Assembly (NCBI GenBank): GCA_041659065.1
Contig: JBAZYY010000005.1
Span: 974-64,973, forward strand
Direction: 5' to 3'
Source: Parcubacteria group bacterium
GTDB lineage: Bacteria > Patescibacteriota > Minisyncoccia > Moranbacterales > UBA11712
Length of the DNA: 64,000 bases
Positions 57,772 to 64,000 of the stretch are shown piece after piece. The notes beneath the pieces were generated by a model. That model searched no databases, was not told the DNA's origin, and saw nothing but the letters and a program-made list of their open reading frames with translations. The translations under genes were made by a program, and so were the position numbers. Position 1 is the stretch's first letter, and every line of letters begins with the position of its first letter.

Positions 57772-57803
57772 ATTTACAGGTGTCGGGCACCTGCAAAACT
57801 CTT

Positions 57804-57840
57804 AAAAAGATCGTAATACGAATTTATTACGGTCTTTTTT
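57804..57840 (+). terminator. Probable intrinsic terminator
   Basis: AAAAAGATCGTAATA..TATTACGGTCTTTTT. Confidence 0.65.
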
Positions 57841-57878
57841 ATATAATGTGCGTGTAATTTATTTTTTAATGAAAAACC

Positions 57879-60428
57879 ATGCACAACAAAAAATTATCTT
57901 CTCTCGTGGCTATTTTTGCAGCCGCAATCGCCGTTTTTTTCGCTATAAATTCCGCCTGCGCAACAGACAGTGATCTGACCATAACTGAAATAATGTATAA
58001 TCCCGTTGAGAATTCAACCGGCGAAAAAACAGAGTGGCTTGAACTTTATACTAAGGCTGATTTGTATATCGACCCGAAATCAACAAGTTGCACGGTAAAT
58101 TGCCAACTGAAAGATTTTTATGTTTGCACAAAAAAGGGCTGTGCCACCTCATATGTTTCGCCGATATATTTATCCGCTGAAGAAAACAACCTGGATATTA
58201 CGCACGGAGAATTTATTATCTTGGCAAAAGATCCAGAAATATTTCGTAAAACCTATCCGGAGAAAAGCGGCTTACCGATAATCAGGGCGGGATCAAATTT
58301 CAATCTCCTTGAAGATGAAAACGGGTTTATTGCAATCAGTAAGGATAATAAATCATCTTGGATTGAAGAAATTGAATATGGAAAATATAATTTGCAGGCT
58401 TCCGCTGGTCTGTCTATTGAAAAAATGAAATTAGACGACGAAAATGAGGGCAAAAATTGGCAAAAAAGTTGCAATTCCGGCGGATCACCCGGAGAAAAAC
58501 CCAAAGAATGCGAAACTGACCCCGCGCTCCCGATCCCAGTTCCTGAACCGGCAGATCTCGATGATCAAACTGAGGATCCTGCTCTGCCAAGTGCCGAAGA
58601 TTCCGATGACATTCCAGTTGGTTCGCCGGAAATAGTTTATTCGAAAAACCTCAAGCTATCCGAAGTCCTTCCGAATCCTTCGGCTAATGAAGATACTGGT
58701 GAGTTCACGGAAATATATAATTCCGATCCAAAGGAAATTATTGAATTATCCGGATGGAAGCTCGAAGACAAAAGCGGAAATTCCTATCCTCTTCCTGACA
58801 TTCCGCTGAAACCCGGCGAATATCACGCCTTTTACAGAAATAATTCCAAATTTTCACTGAATAACACCGGCAGCGAGGACGTTTTTCTGAAAAATCCGGA
58901 CGGCGAAATTGTCGACCACATCTCCTATTCCGGAACCGCAAAAGAAAATTCCGCATATGCACTCAAAGACGGCGAATTCCAATGGACTTCCACCCCGACT
59001 CCCGGAGCAGAAAATATGGTTGAATCAGATTCAAAAACAAATAGCCCGGTTGAAAATAAAGTCGCGGCAGAAGATGAAGATGAAAAAAATTTCTTGAACA
59101 TTGAGGGAATCCATCTCAGTGAGATCCTCCCCAATCCTAAAAAAGGATCTGATGAATATATTGAAATCGCGAACAGCGGAAAAGAACCGACGAATCTCGC
59201 TGGCTGGCGCGTCAAAGACGCTTCCAAAAGTAAAGGTTATCAATTTAAAGAATCAACCGTTATAAACCCCGGCGATTATCTTGTTATTTATCGCCTCGAT
59301 TCAAAAATAACGCTCAATAATTCGGGTGAGTCGGTATATTTGTACAATCCGAAAGGTGAAATCGTCTCAAGCGTTTCGTTTGATAAATCTTCGAAAAATT
59401 CTTCGTACAACTTCGATGGCGGAGAGTGGAAATGGAGTAAATATCTCACTCCCGGAAAAGAAAACAAATTCGATTCGGAGCCTTCAGTAAAAGTCACCAA
59501 ACCGAAGCATGCTTACAAAGACCTTCCTACCGAGTTTTCTGCCAAAGCTAAAGATAAGGAGACAAAAAAACTAAAATACGCTTGGGATTTCGGCGATGGA
59601 AAGAAAAGCTATCTCAAATCTGCCTCGCACAAATATCTTGATACGGGAAAATACACGGTCACACTTTCAGTCGCAGACGAATCGCAGACCGTCGAAAAAA
59701 GTTTCGTCGTCACTGTGAAAAAATATCCCCGCCCAGACCTTGAAATCGTGAGACTCGTTCCCAACCCCTCAGGTAAAGATGAAGGAGGAGAAATTATCGA
59801 TATAAAGAATAACTCCAGCAAAAAAGTGGATATGAAAAGTTGGAAAATCGCGACGGGCCCGGGCGGAAAAATGTACAACCACCCGATCAGCGGCGAATTG
59901 TCCATCATCCCGGGCGAAACCAAAACTGTCACGCGGGAATTTTCCAAATTCTCCCTCAACAACAAGGCTGGGGAAGTGCAGATAGTGATGCCAGACGGAA
60001 AAATTGTCGATGATGTCGAATACATGAAAGACCCGCCCGACTCGCTTCACGATTCGAAACGGGCGGAAAAAATCGCCGAGGATGAAGCCTACGCGAAAAT
60101 CAACGGGCAGTGGCAATGGCTCACAAATAATGTGATGGAGGCTAGCGAGAATACTGATACAGAAACCGAATTCGTCGACGATCCCACCGGTGAAATCGAA
60201 GCCGCAGCAGAAGAAAATAGTGAAAACAACGATGAAGATGGAGAAGTTTTGGGAGCCGTAAATAAAAACATTCCAATTCTTGCTCCGAAAATGAATAATT
60301 ACACTTCTGAAGACGCTTATATATTTTTGAGCAAGATTGGATTTATTAGACCCAGCAGGGAATTAAATTATTGCCCGTTGAAAAACACAACCGCATCGCT
60401 CGAATATATTCTTATTTCTTCAATCTGA
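57879..60428 (+). CDS. Secreted protein with multiple lamin-tail domains and a PKD domain
   Basis: Repeated (I/L)(T/S)E(I/V)xxNP..E..E..GWKL..LNN motifs; YAWDFGDG..HKY..GKYTVTLSV. Confidence 0.88.
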   Translation: MHNKKLSSLVAIFAAAIAVFFAINSACATDSDLTITEIMYNPVENSTGEKTEWLELYTKADLYIDPKSTSCTVNCQLKDFYVCTKKGCATSYVSPIYLSAEENNLDITHGEFIILAKDPEIFRKTYPEKSGLPIIRAGSNFNLLEDENGFIAISKDNKSSWIEEIEYGKYNLQASAGLSIEKMKLDDENEGKNWQKSCNSGGSPGEKPKECETDPALPIPVPEPADLDDQTEDPALPSAEDSDDIPVGSPEIVYSKNLKLSEVLPNPSANEDTGEFTEIYNSDPKEIIELSGWKLEDKSGNSYPLPDIPLKPGEYHAFYRNNSKFSLNNTGSEDVFLKNPDGEIVDHISYSGTAKENSAYALKDGEFQWTSTPTPGAENMVESDSKTNSPVENKVAAEDEDEKNFLNIEGIHLSEILPNPKKGSDEYIEIANSGKEPTNLAGWRVKDASKSKGYQFKESTVINPGDYLVIYRLDSKITLNNSGESVYLYNPKGEIVSSVSFDKSSKNSSYNFDGGEWKWSKYLTPGKENKFDSEPSVKVTKPKHAYKDLPTEFSAKAKDKETKKLKYAWDFGDGKKSYLKSASHKYLDTGKYTVTLSVADESQTVEKSFVVTVKKYPRPDLEIVRLVPNPSGKDEGGEIIDIKNNSSKKVDMKSWKIATGPGGKMYNHPISGELSIIPGETKTVTREFSKFSLNNKAGEVQIVMPDGKIVDDVEYMKDPPDSLHDSKRAEKIAEDEAYAKINGQWQWLTNNVMEASENTDTETEFVDDPTGEIEAAAEENSENNDEDGEVLGAVNKNIPILAPKMNNYTSEDAYIFLSKIGFIRPSRELNYCPLKNTTASLEYILISSI
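60032..60066. repeat. GC-rich palindromic element in frame (DPPDSLHDSKRA)
   Basis: CCGCCCG..CGGGCGG arms; CCCGCC-CGACTCGCTT resembles the reverse complement of 18251-18267. Confidence 0.65.
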
Positions 60429-60447
60429 AAAAACTGATTACACTAAC

Positions 60448-60547
60448 TTAAGGTACCAATTTGGCACCTCAAAGAAAATATAAACTGCCAGAACTTGATA
60501 TGCCAAATTGGAATATCAAGTTTCAAGGTCACAAATTGTAATCTTGA
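60448..60547. repeat. Array of three variant 25-bp palindromes upstream of ORF6N
   Basis: 60448-60472, 60495-60519, 60523-60547; consensus TnnAnnTnnCAA-W-TTGnnAnnTnnA, shared with 60770-60794. Confidence 0.85.
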
Positions 60548-60571
60548 ACGATAAATATTAAGAAATACAAA

Positions 60572-61096
60572 ATGAAAAACATTATCGTACCAAGTGAATT
60601 AATCGAAAATCGTATCTTCTTGATCCGAGGAAAAAAAGTAATGTTCGACAGGGACTTGGCGAGACTTTACGGTGTCCCCACCAAAGTTCTTAATCAATCC
60701 GTAAGTAGAAATATAGCACGATTTCCCGAAGATTTTATGTTTCAATTATCAAAGCAGGAAACTAATATTTGGAGGTCACAAATTGTGACCTCCAAGAGTG
60801 CTGCCAAGGGATTGCGGAGAAGTCCTTATGTTTTCACCGAGCAGGGCGTAGCGATGCTTTCATCAGTTCTAAAAAGCAAACAGGCGATCCGGGTCAACAT
60901 CCAGATCATGCGGACATTCACAAAAATCCGCGAGATGATTGTGAGCAACAAAACTTTGCGTGAAACAATTGAAGCTATGGAGCGAAAACATGACAGTAAA
61001 TTCAAAGTCATCTTTGATGTAATCAAGCACCTTATTGAAAAAGATAAAATAGACCCAACAAAAATCATCGGCTTTCGGGACAGAAAGAAAAAATAA
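60572..61096 (+). CDS. ORF6N domain DNA-binding protein
   Basis: IRGKKVMFDRDLARLYGV..LNQSVSRN..RFPEDFMFQL..PYVFTEQGVAMLSSVL; C-terminal IGF. Confidence 0.92.
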   Translation: MKNIIVPSELIENRIFLIRGKKVMFDRDLARLYGVPTKVLNQSVSRNIARFPEDFMFQLSKQETNIWRSQIVTSKSAAKGLRRSPYVFTEQGVAMLSSVLKSKQAIRVNIQIMRTFTKIREMIVSNKTLRETIEAMERKHDSKFKVIFDVIKHLIEKDKIDPTKIIGFRDRKKK

Positions 61097-61100
61097 CTTG

Positions 61101-61127
61101 TCATTCCGAAGCTTTAGCGAAGGATGA
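61101..61127. repeat. Mini-palindromic dispersed repeat (second copy)
   Basis: 18 bp identical to 7841-7858. Confidence 0.7.
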
Positions 61128-61162
61128 AAAAACCCGAGCGATCGCAATGAACCGCTCGGGGG
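61127..61162. terminator. Probable terminator between convergent genes
   Basis: CCCGAGCG..CGCTCGGG stem. Confidence 0.6.
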
Positions 61163-61181
61163 AAATTTATTCTCAGGGTTT

Positions 61182-61631
61182 TTAGCAAGACTGGATATGC
61201 CGATAGGATGATTTTCTCCTCGGTTTTTTCCTGGCAATTCTCCTCGAGATTGCCTTCCAAATTATCATGGCAAGCGGATTTACCTGATTCCCACCGACAT
61301 CATTCAGTACACAGTTGAATTTACTCACCAGGTTGCCGAAGAATGTGGAGCCGAAATCAACTGAGCATTTTCCTTTGCGCCACCTCTCAAGGTTCATCTG
61401 TATTTCCATGATGAACGAAATTCCGCTCTCGAGGCAGCTAAACTGCATCTTGATTTCTCTGCATTGCTCCCTGAAAGAGCTGGGATCTTCACCTCGATAT
61501 GCGATTGAATCATCTGTAATTTTAAGGCATTCAAATGGCGGCATATAACGAAAATCTTTTCGCACCGTTTTTACAAATTCAACCAGAATTTCCTGAACCA
61601 ATTCGGCAAAATCTCGCTCGCTCATTTCCAT
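61182..61631 (-). CDS. Hypothetical protein
   Basis: 149-aa ORF with SD AAGGAG. Confidence 0.6.
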   Translation of the reverse strand: MEMSERDFAELVQEILVEFVKTVRKDFRYMPPFECLKITDDSIAYRGEDPSSFREQCREIKMQFSCLESGISFIMEIQMNLERWRKGKCSVDFGSTFFGNLVSKFNCVLNDVGGNQVNPLAMIIWKAISRRIARKKPRRKSSYRHIQSC

Positions 61632-61754
61632 AATTTTCTCCTTCTAGAAAAAGATCAATTTTCTTTCTCAAAGCCCACCAAAATGATGAGTTCATTTGAA
61701 GGGGAGTTTTTCGTGCTTTGGCGGAAAACCTCCAAAACATTAGCTTCTCCATTA

Positions 61755-62342
61755 TTACTTTCCAAAATCTTTCAACCAGCCATTAAGACGATCAACTCTT
61801 TGCGATGGAACATAAGCGACAAACTTGTTGGGAAATTTACCAGTCATCATAATAATGCCTGGATTCATTGGATGAGCAAAAACAAAGACTATTTTCCCTG
61901 CAGCAATAAGCACCCCGGCGATGATTTCGCTCCACTTATGATATTCCGAGGAAAAACTGTAAGGGATAGCCATGCAGACTACGTCTGCTTCGGGAAGATT
62001 GTCTTCAATCAACATAGTTGTATATGGATCCGCATTTATTCCGCATATCTCTTCTCTTTTTTCGGACGAGGTGTAAACTCTTTTTGCTCGCTTAGCCATT
62101 AGTGCTAAGATTTCCTCTTGGATAAGATCGCTGTGATCCAAAAAGATCATACTGTATTCCTCCTCTTTTAAGAGGGACGAGAGCAGTTTTCTCTGATCAA
62201 CCCCCTTGTTCCAATTCAGACCAACAATTCTATGCTCGTTTGTTTTGCATAAACTTAGTGAGGAGTCACAGGACCCTTCGTTTTTGACAGAATTGCGCAT
62301 AAAAGCATCTACAGTCTGAATAATTTCTCCCAGCATTAACAT
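61755..62342 (-). CDS. Hypothetical protein
   Basis: 195-aa ORF with SD-like AAGGA and upstream TTGACA-17-TAGGCT (62436-62408). Confidence 0.6.
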   Translation of the reverse strand: MLMLGEIIQTVDAFMRNSVKNEGSCDSSLSLCKTNEHRIVGLNWNKGVDQRKLLSSLLKEEEYSMIFLDHSDLIQEEILALMAKRAKRVYTSSEKREEICGINADPYTTMLIEDNLPEADVVCMAIPYSFSSEYHKWSEIIAGVLIAAGKIVFVFAHPMNPGIIMMTGKFPNKFVAYVPSQRVDRLNGWLKDFGK

Positions 62343-62504
62343 GGTTTTTCTTCCTTCTCAAAGAGCTTGTTTTTGATTTCGATTAAGCCTCTTAAGCTTA
62401 ACAATATAGCCTATAGCTACTCGCGCATTATGTCAATATATAACGTCATATTATCAGAATATTAATATGGCCTATTTACTAATATTCTTTATTTTAAGCC
62501 TCTA

Positions 62505-62533
62505 TTGACAATTTATTGGCTAGATGATATAAT
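62505..62533 (+). promoter_or_regulatory. Consensus sigma70 promoter of the TrmB gene, followed by an imperfect palindrome (62538-62560)
   Basis: TTGACA-17 nt-TATAAT with TGn; ATGTTGA-N9-TCGACAT near the predicted start site. Confidence 0.8.
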
Positions 62534-62583
62534 GTGAATGTTGACGAATTATATCGACATATATCCATATAACAATTCTGTTC

Positions 62584-63348
62584 GTGGAACTCAAGCAACA
62601 GCTTCAACAATTAGATCTCACAGGCAAAAAGGCGGATGTGTATCTCGCCTGTCTTGAGCTTGGGTCAGCCACCGTCATTGAAATCGCCAAAAAAGCCGGT
62701 ATCAAACGGACTACGGCCTATGATATTTTGATGGATCTCGCACAACGTGGCTTGGTTTCCGAAACGGTGAAAGGTAAAAAGCGGCTATTTGTCGGTGAAG
62801 ACCCAGAAAAGATCAGGAAAGATCTACAGCGAAAAGAAAATCTCATTTCTGAAATTTTACCCATGCTCAAATCGGTATATAATGTGAGAGGCGTAAAGCC
62901 GAAGATCCGATTCTATGAAGGTATTGAGGGACTCAAGGAAACTTACAACGACACTTTGAAATATTCGGGAGAAATTTTTGCTTTCGCTTCCGAAGATGTG
63001 GTGAAAATATTGGGCAATGAGTGGACGACGGAATACGTGCTGAAAAGAGCGAAGAAAGGGATTCATGCTAAGGCGATCATGCCGGCGAGCGAAATAGTTT
63101 CCGGTTATGCGGAAAAAGATCCAGAACACCTCAGAACTTCAAAATTAATCGATCCAAAAAAATATCCGTTTTCAATGGAAATTAATATTTACGGCCACAG
63201 CAAAGTTTCCTTGATGTCTTCCAAAGAACAGTTGGGACTTGTCATTGAAAGCACGGAGATATATAATACGATGAAGCTAATTTTTGAATTACTCTGGGAT
63301 AACTTACCAGAAGTTAAAGTCACGAAACATGTGACCCAAAACATATAA
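62584..63348 (+). CDS. TrmB-family transcriptional regulator
   Basis: VYLACLELG..IAKKAGIKRTTAYDIL HTH; KPKIRFYEGIEG; EINIYG..IFELLW. Confidence 0.92.
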   Translation: MELKQQLQQLDLTGKKADVYLACLELGSATVIEIAKKAGIKRTTAYDILMDLAQRGLVSETVKGKKRLFVGEDPEKIRKDLQRKENLISEILPMLKSVYNVRGVKPKIRFYEGIEGLKETYNDTLKYSGEIFAFASEDVVKILGNEWTTEYVLKRAKKGIHAKAIMPASEIVSGYAEKDPEHLRTSKLIDPKKYPFSMEINIYGHSKVSLMSSKEQLGLVIESTEIYNTMKLIFELLWDNLPEVKVTKHVTQNI

Positions 63349-63385
63349 CGCGATTTTTAAAATCTTGCGTTACATGTTTCGTGAT
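63319..63385. repeat. Inverted pair of heptamer arrays overlapping the TrmB C-terminus
   Basis: GTCACGA AACATGT GACCCAA AACATAT AACGCGA..TTGCGTT ACATGTT TCGTGAT. Confidence 0.7.
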
Positions 63386-63396
63386 ATATAAACGAC

Positions 63397-64000
63397 ATGT
63401 CAGGACACTCACATTTCGCAGGTATAAAACACAAAAAAGCCGCCCAGGATGCCAAGCGGGCTAATGTTTTCACGAAAGTTGCGCGAATCGTCACTTTAGC
63501 TGCCAAGGAAGGCGGCGGCAATCCGGATATGAATTTTAAATTACGTCTCGCAGTCGATCAGGCGCGCGCAGTGAATATGCCAAAAGACAACATTGATCGC
63601 GCCATCAAGCGCGGAACTGGCGAGCTCAAGGATCAAGCGGTAATTGAGGAGGTTGTCTACGAGGCATTGGCATTTGGGAATATCGCTATGTTAATCAAAG
63701 CCGCCACTGACAATAAAAACCGGACCATATCCGAGTTAAAAGGAGTTTTTGCGAAGAATAACGCCAAGCTTGTTCCCGCCAGAAGTCTCGCGCATCTCTT
63801 CAAGAATGTCGGCGTAATCTACGTCGACACCGCAGAAAAAGATGCCGATGAAATTGAACTCGCGGCAATTGAAGCTGGAGCGATTGACACGAGTTTCCAA
63901 GCTGAAATCCTGCAGGCGTACACAGATCCTCGTGATCTTCGAGAAATAAAAGACAATCTTGAAAAAAAAGGAATCTCAGTCGAAAGTGCCGGCTTGATCT
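63397..64000 (+). CDS. yebC: YebC/PmpR family protein (3' end outside window)
   Basis: MSGHSHFAGIKHKKAAQDAKR..GGGNPDMNFKLR..NMPKDNIDRAIKRG..TDNKNRT. Confidence 0.93.
   Translation, partial: MSGHSHFAGIKHKKAAQDAKRANVFTKVARIVTLAAKEGGGNPDMNFKLRLAVDQARAVNMPKDNIDRAIKRGTGELKDQAVIEEVVYEALAFGNIAMLIKAATDNKNRTISELKGVFAKNNAKLVPARSLAHLFKNVGVIYVDTAEKDADEIELAAIEAGAIDTSFQAEILQAYTDPRDLREIKDNLEKKGISVESAGLI

Noticed and set aside
60448-60547. Palindrome array as a mini-CRISPR
   Set aside because: The copies differ in sequence, spacing is irregular (47 and 28 bp centre to centre), there are no spacer-sized gaps and no cas genes
48127-61096. Prophage, suggested by the Bro-N and ORF6N genes
   Set aside because: Both are isolated among chromosomal genes, with no integrase, terminase or structural genes
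655-63129. Numerous short antisense or alternate-frame ORFs in the track (e.g. 16792-17409, 24239-24907, 32621-33184)
   Set aside because: They shadow well-supported genes and show no recognisable motifs

Overview
Bacterial chromosomal segment with the hallmarks of a Patescibacteria (CPR, Parcubacteria-like) genome. The lineage is inferred from gene content: CPR-type pilin domain, lamin-tail protein, many TrmB paralogs and few Shine-Dalgarno sites on core genes. Core genes include rpoD, dnaG, ahcY, ppsA, pyk, htpX, lemA, a Mur ligase, ruvA, ruvB, rpsT, holA, mutM, polA, tsaE, yebC and tRNA-Ser(GGA). These are interspersed with accessory modules, four of them divergent from a TrmB-type regulator. 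No CRISPR array, transposase, integrase or rRNA was seen. Most notable observations: (1) An ORF6N gene contains a perfect 25-bp palindrome encoding WRSQIVTS. It is preceded by three different, still self-complementary non-coding versions of that palindrome, each reading as an alternative allele of the peptide motif. A Bro-N gene shows a parallel arrangement. (2) A RibA-TrpF-like fusion lies behind a methyltransferase and may give a FolE-independent route to pterins. (3) About 20 heptamer tandem arrays and several GC-rich mini-palindromes are present, many lying in frame within core proteins. (4) A promoter-bearing ~165-200 nt structured ncRNA candidate sits between the tandem PilB-like gene and ruvB. 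(5) There is a carbamoyltransferase-methyltransferase/LOG/methyltransferase/radical SAM island.
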